A DNA stretch of 64,000 bases from the human T2T-CHM13v2.0 reference genome, Homo sapiens (GCF_009914755.1 NC_060931.1); one strand, 5' to 3'. Numbered from the stretch's first letter, positions 14,093 to 28,490 are shown. Numbers and translations: made by a program. The notes: generated by a model not told the origin, from the sequence alone.

Positions 14093-14660
14093 CAGTGGTG
14101 GCTGATTGCATGGACTTTAGGACTTGACTGAGCTTTGTTCAAATCTAGGGCCTACTAGTTGCATGACCTTGAGGAAGTCTGCATCTCTAAACACAGAGGT
14201 TCCTTGGAAAATGAGGACGATAAGAACAGTGTCTACTTCATAGAGTTTTTGTAAATATTAAAAGAGGAAATAGAGGTTAGTGTAGTGTCTAACGCCTGTA
14301 ATCCCAGCACTTTGGGAAGCCAAGGTGGGTGGATCACTTGAGATCAGGATTTTGAGACCAGCCTGGCCATCATGGTGAAACCCCATCTCTACTAAAAATA
14401 CGAAAATCAGCCAGGCATGATGGCAGGCGCCCTCATGCTACTCAGCTACTCAGAAGGCTGAGGTACGAGAATCACTTGAACCCAGGAGGTGGAGGTTGCA
14501 GTGAGCTGAAATTGAGCCACTGCACTCCAGCCTGGGTGACAGAGCAAGACTCTGTCTCATAAATAATAAATAAATAAATAAATAAATAAATAATAAAAAG
14601 AGGAAATGCAGGTAAAGGGTTTAGCATGGTGTCAGGCACATAATCAGAGCATAGTAATGG
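14093..14660 (+). mobile_element. MIR interrupted by an Alu
   Basis: 'gttcaaatct...tgaccttgaggaagt...aaaatgagg...tctacttcatagag' continues after the Alu as 'atgcaggtaaagggtttagcatggtgtcaggcacata'. Confidence 0.75.
14275..14595 (+). mobile_element. AluS with (TAAA)n tail
   Basis: Full dimer; TSD aaaagaggaaat at 14260-14271 and 14596-14607. Confidence 0.93.
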
Positions 14661-14774
14661 GCAGGGGCTATTACCCTACATTTGTTCAGAAGTTTTACTG
14701 GGAAGGCCCCTAGAAAAGTGAATGAAATGGAAATAAACAGAAAGAAGAGAGGGTGGGTATGAGAGAAACAAAGA

Positions 14775-14970
14775 TTTGTTGAAGGCCTACTTCATATCAA
14801 GCATCAAGCTACAGTAATTATATAGCTTAATCACTTTCATCCTGCAACAACTCCCGGGGTTGTGTGGGGTCACCCATTTCCCAAACAAGGAGGAAAGTAA
14901 GTTGAGGCCACATGGATGTGGAAGTGGAATTTGGATTCCTATTTGCCAGACTCCAGTCTACTCTCATTTT
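14775..14970 (-). mobile_element. MIR fragment
   Basis: 'atttgttgaaggcctact...tcatcctgcaacaactcc...cacccatttccca...ggaatttggattcctatttgccagactccag'. Confidence 0.55.
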
Positions 14971-16910
14971 TACAACATGCACTTTGCTGAAGTCGGATAC
15001 TGAAGTGACTGGAAGTCAGGTCATCTGTGAATTTGTATTCTATTCTATTTCTGGATCTTTCTTTTTTTCAAAAAAGCAAATTCTCCCAGATATTTCTGGT
15101 TGTTTCATTAATGTTATGTTATTATGTGTAAAGTACAAAATTAATTTCTTCTCCTTTATTAATCATCCTTGGGGTGTGGGGTTAAAAATAATTCTCCCTG
15201 ATTTCTCATGGGGTATTTAAAAATAATAAATTTCATGAGTTATTTTAGAGGGCAAGTCTCTAGATAAAATAAAAATCAAATTTTAGAACTAGAGGAGCTT
15301 TTAGAGATCACACAGGAGAACCTGCTCATTCAACAGAGGAAGAGACCCAGGCTTAAAGAAAAAGACTTGTCCATGTTCTGACAATGAGTTAATTGCAGGG
15401 TGGTCCTGACTCTTTTCCACAACCACCACCTTAGGGCATTTTTTCCTCTCTGCCTGATGTGGGAGGACAGAAGCATCATGGCTCCCTTCTAGGGCTGTAG
15501 ACTCCTTGTCAACTTCAAGATCTTCCAATTCAGTCTTGCAAACCTTCCTCTAATTTCACCCATAGTTAATAAAAGTAGTTTCCAACAGTAATAAAAAGTG
15601 GACTTATTATGAGAAGTATCTATCATATATAAAATGTACCTGGTAGGTGGTAATTCTATTATTTTCACTGATTTTTCCCTCTATTTTTTCCTATTTCCTT
15701 TGTCCAGCAGAGTCTAGGCAATTTGTGCTCCAATGCATCCTCAAAATGGCAGAAGAGACACATGCAGAATTGGAAGGTTGGCTGTGCAATAGGTATCGGT
15801 TGAGAGGTCACAAGACAAAAAGCCCAGCCTAATAACACTCCAAACCAAATATGTGTCTTCAACATCTATGTCTCTATTTTTATTTGAAAAATAAAATCAG
15901 GAATCTTGCTAATTCTTTCAACAGATGTCCATTCATCTTTCAGCTTTAAAAAACAGTCAGTCAGTGTCATTGACGCCCGCAGTGGAATGGGAATATTATT
16001 TCTCTGGTCAATTGTAGATGTGGAAAAGGGCAGTAGCGCCCAAACTCTGCCTCACCAAGCAAGATATACTGCACACAGTGCTCAGGGGAGCTGTTAGGCT
16101 TCTCACTGTGCCCTTATTAGAAAGTGAGCAGGTGCCACACTGTGTACGCATTAGCAGAATACACTGAACGCAAGTTGCTGGCTCAGGCTATTGTGCTGAT
16201 GGAGGCAAAGTGAGAGCAGGACCATTATAAAGACTCCTAGACCCAGAGCATGAGGAGGACTGTGAAGCAGTATGTGCTACATATATATATATTTTAGTTT
16301 TGCACATTTGAACTTCATTTATTCAAACATACATAACCCTATCATTAAACACCAGAAAAAAACACTAAGAATTCGTCTGTCTTTAGAAGAATGCTTTCAG
16401 TCTGGATTGGCCTTGCTGGTGGAATTCACTAAATCATAACTGTTAACAGTCAAGGCATGCAATGGCCCACATGGGGCCTCTTCCAGAGAGACATTGGAAA
16501 AATGGAGAAAAGACTCTCCTTTCTTCTGCCAATAGCCCCTTAGTTTAATTGTGTTGATTGTTTTCCAAAAGCATGGGAAAGAAAGGAATGATTTAAGAAA
16601 CAGAGGGGTTTGGAAGTGAGGTGCAAGACCCCGCAGACAGGAAAGGGCACCCTTTAGAGGTTGCTCACATCATTTGCTGGCTGTCAAGGTCCTCAGTCTT
16701 ACCTACCTCACAGGAGTGGCCTGAGTCCTATTTCTTAGCACTGTTTGGTAAGATTTTATGCTAGTCAGAGAAAAAATAAAAATAATTTTTTTCCATCATG
16801 CAAAAATTATTTGGGGCAGCAACACTGAACATTAAAATTGAGAATTTTTCTGAGCTCACAGTAATTAATGAGACCTTTTCAAGTTTCTCAAAATTTGTGA
16901 GTCTGCTTAA

Positions 16911-17384
<474 letters not shown>

Positions 17385-17919
17385 TAAAAGGAAATATTTG
17401 GCTCGCTCCTTAATCACATTCTCGTCTTATATTTCCTGTCTACCACCATCCATTGTCTGTCTGATTCTCTAACATTCTGAACCTTCTTCCTGGTCCCTCT
17501 GAAATGCAATTCTGTCTATGCCTGTCTACAGTGTCCAGAGAAAAAATACGAAATTGGAAGCTTGTGAGGAGATTGCAGTGACCAATGGAGCAGCTCTGAG
17601 AAATAACCCACTCAGAGGCTGCCTGTCAACTCCCCCAGTAATGACCCAGTTCCTAAGCTAAGCCATCCTCAGGTATAAAGGGTATTAAGGGTTTAGTCAA
17701 ACAGGTCACTTGATAGCTACGGTAGACATCTGCCCTTTTTATCAGCCAGACATCTATCCCCTACTAAGAAATAGATATTTACTAAGACTGTCACTGCAAC
17801 AAGCAAGTGCCGAACTAGGGGAAACTGCTACTGTTGATTTGCGAAAATTAGTCTCTGGGGACGACTGAGATGTTTCACTGAAGATGTACTGCACAAGTTC
17901 CACTTCATGTTTTCCAACC

Positions 17920-18510
17920 TTTTTTTTTTAACTTTTATTTTAAGTTCAGGGGTACAAGTGCAGGTTTGTTACATAGTAAATTTATGGGCGATTGTTGGAT
18001 AGATTATTTCATCACCCAGGTATGAAGCCTAGTACCCATTCATTATTTTTCCTGATCCTCTCCCTCCTCCCACCATCCACCCTTCAAGAGGCCCCAGTGT
18101 GTTTTGCTTCCCTCCCTGTGTCCATGTGTTCTCAACATTTAGCTCCCACTTATAAGTGAGAACATGCATTATTTGGTTTCTGTTCCCGTGTTAGTTTGCT
18201 AAGGATAATGACCTCCAGCTCCGTCCATGTCCCTGGCAAAGGACATGATTTTATTCTTTTTTATGGCTGTATAGTATTCCATGGTGTATATGTACCACAT
18301 TTTTGTTATCCAGCCTATCACTGATGGGTATTTAGGCTGATTCCATGTCTTCACTATTGTGAATAGTGTTGCAATGAACAAACATGTGCATGTGTCTTCA
18401 TAATAGTGCAATTCATATTCCTTTTAGTATATACCCAGTATTGGGATTGCTGGGTTGAATGGTATTTCTCTCTTTAGGTATTTGAGCAATCCCTACACTG
18501 TCTTCCACTA
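17920..18510 (-). mobile_element. Older L1PA 3' end (5'-truncated)
   Basis: 'ttttaagttcaggggtacaagtgcaggtttgttac...tttagctcccacttataagtgagaacatgc'; TSD-like caacctttt at both ends; ORF 18199-18411 is L1 ORF2 C-terminus. Confidence 0.9.
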
Positions 18511-18799
18511 TCAACCTTTTGAAAGCTCCTTCCACCTGCCCACTCATTCTCCACTTCCAAAATCCCACTCTGATATCATTGGAGTTCTACCTGACCTTCT
18601 CAGCACTAGTCCTGTAAAAATCCTGCCATACTTTCCTTGTTGATGAGACTGCATTTGTGAGTGTTTTCCCTTGCCCAGCAAGAATAAATTTAATTTAACC
18701 AACCAATTATCCCTAATGGGCTTGTGGGACTTTTGGCATTTCCTTCTGGTAAAAGCACCTCGAATTCTCTTGGGAGAACTCATCCATAGTCTCGATACA

Positions 18800-19220
18800 C
18801 ATGTTTCCAGGCATTACTGACTTTGCTCTCATTTCTAAGTGTGAACACGTGGCTCTGGCCTATGCAACTATCACATCCCTCTTGACAGATGAACCAGTGC
18901 TGGGCACATGAATCAAGCCAGATGATCAGAAGCAATGAGCATCAACCTGAGGATAGTTCTAGAGCTACTGGTGAATAGGCATTTTTCTTTCCACTGGGGT
19001 TGCTAAGCCAGGAGCTTCCCGAGGCCATTTTGAAACTATATGAAAGAGGCTGCCTGAAACAGAGAGAAAGCAATTCCTAGGGACAGCATTTTCGAGCATA
19101 GATCTTTCATGCTTGAACTCTGTTTGGACTTTTAGTTATGTGAACCCATTAGCTCCTTCTTCATTGAAGCTAATTTGAGTTACTGCCTATTGCTTGTAAT
19201 AAAAAAAAATATTAACAGAA
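18800..19220 (+). mobile_element. MaLR LTR (MLT1J/K-like)
   Basis: 'ggacttttagttatgtgaaccc...ttgaagctaatttgagtt...gcttgtaataaaa' resembles an MLT1 3' end. Confidence 0.5.
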
Positions 19221-19334
19221 AGTCAATAATCAAGTTACTGCTTATTCTGTGTGGACAAAACCCAGCTGGTACCTTAATCTAGTAACTGGGGTTGTTTATT
19301 CCTCTTGCCCTCCCTTAATCCATTTGCCATAATA

Positions 19335-19730
19335 TTGTTTCCAAATATTTGCTCTTTCTCTATGGTGGGATTATACATCCCCACCCTGTGTTGTGATCTG
19401 TCCACATCCTAGGGAAGGAGCACATGAGATCACCTCATTGATGAACTTAGCCCACTGTGCTTTAGCCAATGGGTTATAAATGTCCATAACATCAGCTTTA
19501 TTTTACCAGAAGCTTTACATCATATGGCAAATGTGATGTAAAGATAGCCCAGGGTCTTCTGCATTCCTGCCCTCTGCCATGAGAATAGCAGTTCTCCTAT
19601 AGAAACTTTTTGTTCAATCTGGGTGCCAGACATCTACAACCCTCATGTATCTTTAGCAAGAAATACTGTTCTTGTTGTAAGCCATCCAGATTTCTTGGAG
19701 CTGTTTCTCACTGTTGCAAAAACTAAAGCA
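19335..19730 (+). mobile_element. MaLR LTR (MLT1H/I-like)
   Basis: 'gctttagccaatgg', 'ctctgccatgaga', 'gcaagaaata...ttgttgtaagcca...gattt' motifs. Confidence 0.55.
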
Positions 19731-22345
19731 TCTTAGTTCATCTTGGCCTAGCATTGCCTTGATTTGACAATTCTAATCTCATACTTTTAAATGACAAGGA
19801 CCTTATTACCTGCTGCCTGTCTGAATCTCCTAACCCCAAGGGGGAGAAGGGGCAAGAGGATCTGGGGAAGAAGGAGCCAGGGCTGAGAGTCCACCCCTGA
19901 GACAGCATGAGTTCAAAGACCGTAGTGCCAGAAGACTCAGAAACAGTAGAAACAACACTGACTACAAAAGCTGGAGGAAAGACAGAAACAGCAACAAACT
20001 TGTAAAGGTCCAGATCATACATGAAGCAAGGAGCCAAGAATTTAGGACCTAGGGCTCAAAACTACTAAGGGTAGGAGAAATAAACCTGGCTGATCTGGGA
20101 ATGGTATAGGGTGGGAAAGTGAATCCTGATTACTTTGTTAAGTTCACATTAAACGTCCTTGATGGAGCAGAAATCACCTCTACCCAGATCCCCTCACATT
20201 CTGCCCAGTGTTGGGATATCCCAGTGGGTTGCTTTCATGCACTTTAAGCCACTCTTAAGGTGGCAAGAAGATTCATTAACAGTTTTCCACCCCACATCCT
20301 TTCAATCACCACTGGCAGTAGAACTGAGTGCAGTGCTGGCCAAAGTCCCATCTTTCTCTCCCACATGCCCAATTATTTCTTCCTTTCACATGGTTGGTGT
20401 GGGAAGTTGGAATGGGGTGTTGGGGTTTCACATTGGGCTCTTTGTGGAGGAGCCCTGAAGAAAGCTGTAGAAAAAAGGACAGAATCCCATGGTGCTGACA
20501 GCCGAAGGTAGAATGCTGCAAATTTGATATCTTTTATGCTTTCCATGAAGTTATATTTTCCCTAGTAGTAGTTTTCCTGATTTCCGAAAGAAAGAGTGGG
20601 TTAGGCTCAGTTGTCAGGAGGAAAACCAGCCAGCTGTTCAATTCAGATTGTCTCCCTCAATTCTTTGCCTGTTTGCATTTGTGTTTTGCTATACTTGGCA
20701 TGCCAGAGGGTGTCATGGTGGTGATCAGGAATGTTAAAAGCAGTGGGAGGGGTCATAGTTGCTATGAAATGGTGCTGTGGGTAAAGAGTACAATGAGTTG
20801 TTAAACCCCATTCTGTGCAATGGAAGGGTAGGTGGACCCATTATAAATAAAGCCTGTCAGATGTGCGGCAATAAAGGTGATTTATTAGAAAGACCCATCT
20901 GTAAGATCTATCCATTGGTGAAGAGTATGAAAGAGAAGAATGAGGGCATGTGCACTTAGAGACAAAGACTTTGAACGGCGCTCTTCAAGGCTAAAAATGA
21001 GGCCCAGATGCAGGTGCCAGGTAGTCTGGGGAAGTGAAAAACTTCCCTCATGTATGGTGTGGCTGTGGCCAATGTGGATGGAGTAAACTGCTGTAAGGTG
21101 TGTGGGTGGGGGCGGGAGTGAGATTTCTAATACTCTGCTTTTATTTTGGTGACTAGCTACATGTACTAAATTGCTGTGCTATTACATTCTGAACTCCTTT
21201 TATACTTTCTTATTTATTGTTTTACCGCCCCCCCCCCACCCCCGCAACTTAGCACAAGCATTGTTCTTTGTTCTGTGGGTGATAATTGCTGAATAATAAC
21301 AATTATGGCAACAAATGGTTAATTAAATGAATGAATGATATAGATCCACACAGGAGTACTATCAGGTAAAAATAGCCTTAACACCAAGCTGTTTTCATAA
21401 AGTAGATTCATTTACAGATTTTTTATTATTGTTAGAGAAAGAACTTCTTTTAATGAAAAAAATGTTAGATGATAGCCAGTAAAACACATTTAATTGTTAA
21501 TTCTGGGCTTAGAAGAAGAAGATACAGTAAACGGGAATATCGCCATACATTTTACAACAATCATTTGAAAAGGCAGTCATTTTCCCAAGCAGTTCACATT
21601 TGATCACCTCCATTAAGGACTTCACACAAGGGAACCATGGTATCTTTCTAACAAAGGCACCGGAGGTATTCAAGCCATTGTCATCTAATAGCAAAGCCCT
21701 TAATCCTGCCCGCCTACCTTCTAATCTTATATGCAATATAGTTAGTTTGTAAGGCTAGAGAAAAACATGCAGAGTTGACTAATTATTTAGGACTCCAGGG
21801 TAATTCTTAAAGGAGAGAGTGTTAATTCCCAGGCACCCCTCAGCAAGCCTCTGCTGATGTTTTTCTTGCATCAAAGTAAAAAGTTCATGTATCATTATAG
21901 GGTACAGTCTCTGAAGATCTATTCCATCTCAGAAAAAAATGCCTTTGAAGAATTTAGGTGATACATAGTCCCATTAATGGTGTATTGCACAAAGTAATTA
22001 TGCACACAGAATCATTATATTCATAAGGAAGTTTGAACACTTTTGAAATGAGGGCTGTTGGTTTTTGTTTTGCTTTGTTTTATTTTGTTCTTGGTTGCTT
22101 CTGGTACTATTTGTTCATCCCATGATTGAAGATAGTCTTAGGGTTAATTTTTTAATTTTTTACTCCCAAAGAGCCAGTTACAATTAGGTTAGTAAAGCCT
22201 AATTTATTTCCATCTCTGTCCACCCAACAAGTTTGGTTAAATAGGACCAAAGCTAGTAATTAGAAACCAGGAATTCTGCTACCCACCCACCATTAGTAAG
22301 GCGGGTACATGGAATTATTTTGGTAGTAGCAGAAATGGGTACATC

Positions 22346-22638
22346 TTTTTTTTTTTTTTTGAGACAGAGTCTCACTCTGTCACCAGGCTGGAGTGCAGTG
22401 GCTCTATCTTGGCTCACTGTAACCTCTGACTCCCTGGTTCAATCGATTATCCTGTGTTAGCCTCCTGCGTAGCTGGGATTACAGGGGTGCGCCACCATGC
22501 CAAGCTAATTTTTGTACTTTTAGTAGAGATGAGATTTCACCATCTTGGCCAGGATGGTCTCAATCTCCTGATCTCATGATCTGCCCGCCTCAGCCTCCCA
22601 AAGTGCTGGGATTACAGATATGAGGCACCGCACCTGGC
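22346..22638 (-). mobile_element. AluS (Sc-like)
   Basis: Full dimer, 'ggccaggatggtctcaatctcctga'; TSD atgggtacatctt / atgggtaggtctt. Confidence 0.93.
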
Positions 22639-24938
22639 ATGGGTAGGTCTTCATATATTCACATTATCTTATGGATTGTTAGCTAACAGATGATTGCAAT
22701 CGGGGAGCGTTATATTTTGCCTCACTTAGCACAGCATTTTAATGTGTCACCCGCTTAACAGGTATTCACTGAGATACTTTACAAGGCACTGTAGGGATAC
22801 ACATCATAAAAAGTAATCCCCACCTTCAAGAAACTAATAATCTGTTGTTCTAACCAATGAAAAAGAAAATTAATACTCAGTCCTTTTCTGATTCCAGGTC
22901 AGATCACCAGTCTTTTGGGAAATTTAACCAGAATAATGCTGGAAATGGGAACAAGAAGCTGGTTTTAGGAGACAGGAGGAGATAAGCAGTTGAGTTCCAG
23001 GTGTGCTTATTTTGAAGTGAGAGAGTGGGAACATTTGAATGGTAATATCCCAGAAACAGCTGAAAATAGAAGCTTGGAGATCACAAGTGTGTATGTACTA
23101 TATCAGGATAGAGTGATCAAAGAAAACGAGGAAATGAACAAGGTTCCTGAGCAGCCAAGTGTAGTGATAGACAAACAGATGCCCTGGAATAGAGCAGCAG
23201 ATCAGGACTGTGGTTAGGTAATTGGAAAGAAAGGAAAACACAGGAGAGAAGTTGGAAAAACAAAAATAGTTGTTTCCAAGCTGAGCTTCTAATTTCCCTT
23301 ACCTTCTAAATAGTCATAGAGTACTACTACTATCTCTAAAGTCACAAAGTGTCTGAGAGGCTCAGAAGATCAAGAGCCAAGAAGGCGTTCAATTGACATT
23401 AGTGATGATGGTAAAACAAATAAAGGCTGTTGAAACTGGAAGACCAAGAGCTTGTCAGTTACTAATTTTATCATATAAAGCCTTGCATTCCTGCGAAGAA
23501 AATGGGGGGCAGAGGTACTAATGAAACCCTAGTTAGGGAATTGATCTCGGAAGGGATATTTATTTGTAGATTATTTTCCAAGCTTTAGGTAATAAATAAA
23601 TAAACAAATACACAAATTAAAAGTCATGTGGAATACTACAGCGAGAGGTAGATGAAGGAGTTTAGTATAAATCCATTTCAATAAGAAAATAAGAAGACAC
23701 CTCAACGTGTATGTCTGTGCATGGATATTCAGCATGTCTCCTTAAACTACAGAGAGTAAAGAGCCTGCTCTGAGTGCAAGATGGTATTTTATTTTGGTGT
23801 CTAAGCTACTAATGATCTTCCTGGAATCCACAACTATTTCTTTAAATCCTTTTGCAGCTCAGTTTTGAAGAATTATGTCAGTTTTTTAGTCTTCTTGCCT
23901 ACTTCTCTAGATCCCAGAAAATTAGGCCACTAACAGAGTAAATATTTTTGGGGGCACCGTGGCAAAATTTTGGTTATCAGACAAATTAAGTCACAGCATC
24001 CCGCAGGGAAGCCATATCAGAGGAATACGGAAATGGGAAGAATGAGGCTAAATGCCACTACATTTAAATGCTGGGTGTAGCCCAGGAGACTCTGCACGGG
24101 AAGCCTGTTCTGACTTCTATGTATATAATTGTGTGCTCCATGCACGTGAGTGCTGTACGCTGTGTCCTGTGTCTAAATGCTTCATGTTGCCTGCTTCCAG
24201 TCCCTACAGGTTCATTTCTCATCTATACTATTCTTGTCCCAGAGTATAAAACACCATGAGGATTTTACTAATTGGAAAACACCCCAATATAATTGGTCTG
24301 TAGGAAACTCCAAGTTTACAGATGGCATTTATCACTGTTAAAAGAATAAGCAAAAATATTATTTTAAAAAACTTGGCGCATGAATGAACATTTCTCTGAA
24401 AGAGAAAAGGATTCTTTATACACGGTGCAAGTGCTTCAGAGTGGTTTTCATGCTGTATATAGCTGTTTTGAGGGTAAATGAGGCTTTCTAAAAAAGGACA
24501 AGGAAGAAAAGGAAGGAAACTAACATTTCAAACAACATACTACGTGTTAGTTGCTGTAGTAGATGCTTCATAGACATTATTTCCATTTTATTTCATTTAT
24601 GAGAAGCTTTAATTATATTTGCAATTGGCAGAAATTTCAATTTTCATTAGGGAAATAATAAAAGGAATTGAGGATGACTGGAAGGACAAGGTGGCATTGA
24701 AAGAGATATTTTAAGCCAAGGTACATTTGGCAGGCAGCATGGAATTGAGGAGTCTGAGAGACACCATAGGCCAAAACATTCTTAGTCATCTCTAAGAGCA
24801 AGGCTGTTTTCTGAGGAAGTACAATGGCAAATGTTGGTTGGATGAATCATAATTAGGTAAGAGGAAACAATTAAACCTGTATTAAAGAGGACAAGGAGAG
24901 TAAGCAATGAATGAGCTGAAAGGAAAACTGAGAAATTA

Positions 24939-25239
<301 letters not shown>

Positions 25240-25389
25240 TAAGAATATGGGCATTGCCTAGCTGTTCTCCAAACACCTGCAAAATTTATATATAATTTAT
25301 ATATAAATATAAAGAGTATTTATATACTCTTCCCTCAATCTGGTCATGACTTGCATATCATCAAAACTTTAAATTGTTTGCCAAACTCG

Positions 25390-25602
25390 AAATTAAACTA
25401 GGCTTTTAGAAGTCAGGATCACGGTTGCTCTGGGGGTAGGCAATAGCTGGACAGAAGCCCAGCGGAGGATTCCTGGGAGCTGGCACAGTTCTGCTCTTGG
25501 TCTGGCTGCTGGTTACAGGGGTTCAGTTTGTGGAAATTCATCAAGCTATACAATTATGATATGTGTTTTTCTCTGTATACATACTAGACTTCAATAAAAA
25601 AT
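25390..25602 (+). mobile_element. L1ME-type 3' end fragment
   Basis: 'tttagaagtcaggatcacggttgc...gttcagtttgtggaaattcatcaagctatac...actagacttcaataaaaa'. Confidence 0.7.
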
Positions 25603-25858
25603 GCTTGACAATTCAAATAAAGTATCTTGTTACAGATACTTTGAGTTTCCCTGATTACTTCTGTGTCTGTGCATCTTTTTTATTTTGTTGGTCATCAGTA
25701 TTTCCATTCCATACATAGATGAAAAGAGACTTCAACCTATCATAGTAAAATTTAGATTTTCAAAGTTAAAGAATTCAGCAAGGCATACACACAGACACAC
25801 ACACGCACACACACACACATATCTTACATATAAATAGAATACAAAGTCTACTTCACCA

Positions 25859-26637
25859 TGTTATCAAACCAAATTGGGGTCCACTGGCTGGTGCAATAAG
25901 GCAAACAACCACACTGAGATTTGCAGCAGGAGAAATGAGGGTGTTTATTTGCAGGGCACCAAACATGGAGACTTGGGCAGCTCTTGCTTCAGCCCTGACT
26001 TCTCCAATGGCTTACAGGTAAGGGTTTTTAAAGGTGGGAAGGCGGAAGCTGCAGGCAAAGTCATAAATCAGTAATGGAGGCTCTACATTGGTTTGACTTT
26101 AAAAGGTAGGACATCTCAAAGCAGGGGCCATGAGTCATAGGTGGATTCAAAGCTTTTCTGATTTGTGATTGGTTAAGGAGGAGAAGCTTTGTCTAAAAAT
26201 TTTGGGTTATCAGAAAAGAATGCTAGCTCTGGCTCATGAACGTGACCTCCTCTAGGCCCCCAGGAAGAAATTTAGAACAAAACATGGCAGTCAAGGTTCA
26301 GTCCTCAGCTCCCCCCTCATTTGAGGTCTGTGCCAGCAGATTCGTTTGGTGGGGGTCTGGGTTTCTGAAGAATGTATGTATATCTTAAGATATGAAACAC
26401 CTGTTAAGATGTTATCTTTAGTTTCTATAGGGAATGATTCTCCTGACTGTAGCTTCCTTGGCTATTGTTTTAGGTTGCTATTACCTTCTTATTTATCAAG
26501 TTGCTTATTTACTTCTCAGGCCTACCTAGGTGCCTGGAATTTCCTTTGACAGAACTCGAGATTTTTCTTTATTTTCATGCTTGCCAGGGGTTGGGGGTTG
26601 GTCACAGGTTGCTAAGAGGGCTCCCTGTTCTGTCTCA
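25859..26637 (-). mobile_element. MER39-family ERV1 solo LTR
   Basis: TG...CA termini with 4-bp TSD acca (25855-25858, 26638-26641); reverse complement begins 'tgagacagaacagggagccctcttag...aagcatgaaaataaagaaaaatctcgagtt...aaggaaattccaggcacctag', as recalled for MER39. Confidence 0.85.
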
Positions 26638-27339
26638 ACCATAGGAAAAATTTCACCTAAGTTAATTCTAAAGAAAAAAAGATCAGACTTCAGATCTCAC
26701 CTTCACAATATTAAACGATATATTATCATAAAGGCAAAAGAAATACTATTCCATATTAAATAATTCCAAAATAAACCTCATATACAGTCTTTCTATAAAA
26801 TGTATCAAAAGCATTTCCAGTTAATTAATAAAAAGAAAATTATCATATAAATAAATTGCAGGTTAACGTTAACACCTAAAAGTAGAATTTAAAACTAGTG
26901 CACATATCAAAAATCATTCTAAGTAAAAAGTCTTTAGGGAAATTAAAGTATACAGAATATATAACACAATAAAAAGGGGGGAAGGGAATAAAAAAAGGGA
27001 AAGCAAATCTAAGGTAACAACATTAAGTTGGATGTGCAATTTACACCAAAAAAGTATAAACATATTTAATTCTCTTATTAAAAGATTAGGTGAAGGCTAA
27101 AGTGGACTAAAATAGACAGCTTCAAAGATGGTCATTGGAGCATTCCTCTTAATAGCTAGAAGCATAAATTTCCACCTATTCCTTCATCTTGGCTTAAAGT
27201 AAGGGACCAAGATGAGACCATTTTTTGACCATTCTGTCAAATTGTATATGGAACAAACAAAATTCATACAAATTGTGTATGGAACAAACACAAATGTCTT
27301 CCACATAATGATGAACAAACAGGAAATAGGACAACATGG

Positions 27340-28490
27340 GAAAAGGCAGGAGTTCAGAAGAGGGAGCACCGTTCTGAGTTAATAGATTAAATTCATTCAT
27401 TTAATTTTATTATTTCCCAAAACCCTGCTAAAATCCCATAAAAAAAGGCATTTACAAAGAGCACATAAATCCACAAGAACATTGAGAACATGGGAGAAGA
27501 CAACAGCAACACATTTCTTGAAAATGGATGCAAGGAAACAGACAAGGTGTAAACAGGGCAGTCATGGAGGAAGCTGAGAGCCCGCAGCTGTGTGTGGCTT
27601 GGTCATGGTAAAAAGGCTCCCACTCTGGAGGCTGAGTTGGAGCTGAAATCCTGGCCACACATTTCTCCAGCCAAGCATGCACCCTGACATGGGGCTATGT
27701 CTGCCCTGAAGAAGGGGTGCCTTTGCTAATTCATTCAAAGCCATCGTGGCCTCAGCAACTGCCTTTGTCTAGAAGAGCATTCTTATCCACATACTCATAT
27801 ACCTCAGTCGGGGCTCTCCTGAGAGTTCAACCCAGTATACACTCAGAATCCTCAAAATGCTTGAGAACTGTCAGCACTAAATCTCTAAATCTCTGGCTCA
27901 TGGGGCATAGAAACCTGCTAAATTAAGGAGAATCACATAAGTTGTTTGGGAAGCACCTACATCTCCCGACTCCTTACTCCATACATGAGGCAGCTGCTCC
28001 TCACTGCTGCTCCCTCATCCTCTCTCCTAGATTTCTGAAGGTTTTTTTCCCCTAGAGACTGTAAAAACAGGTTCTCTGGACTGGGAGTACAGTTGAGAGC
28101 CTTTGGATCTTATCAAAATCCGGGGAATTAAGTAGACTGCCGGCATACAGAATGCTGACTCCCAAGACACCTCCTCCCAGCCTCACGCCTTTTCTTTGCT
28201 CTCGGAAAACCAGCAGTCAGACCTTAACCTAACAGGCAAGATGCCTCTCTGGGGAATGTGCCCAGACCAAACGAACAGATCTGAAAATACTGACCTCAAG
28301 GCAGCCCGACCAGTGGCCCACACAAAATATCTTAAAGTGAAGCTCAGAGTTGACAAGCCCCACCACACCAGCATGGGTTTAGAATTTCCACGTGGCTTTC
28401 TTTCCTCCCACTCTTTATCTTGACCATGCCATCAAGAATGGCCATACATATGAGGAAAGCCCCTTATGTGGAGGACAGGCAAACAGAAGG
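27340..28490 (+). mobile_element. Ancient L1 5'UTR-like region (L1M/L1ME)
   Basis: 'cccaaaaccctgctaaaat...cataaatccacaagaacattgagaacatgggagaagacaacagcaac' is similar to the reverse complement of ~12270-12440. Confidence 0.45.

Noticed and set aside
21100-21245. G-rich and C-rich runs as possible G-quadruplexes
   Set aside because: Only three clear G-tracts on the + strand and a simple C-run; no promoter context.
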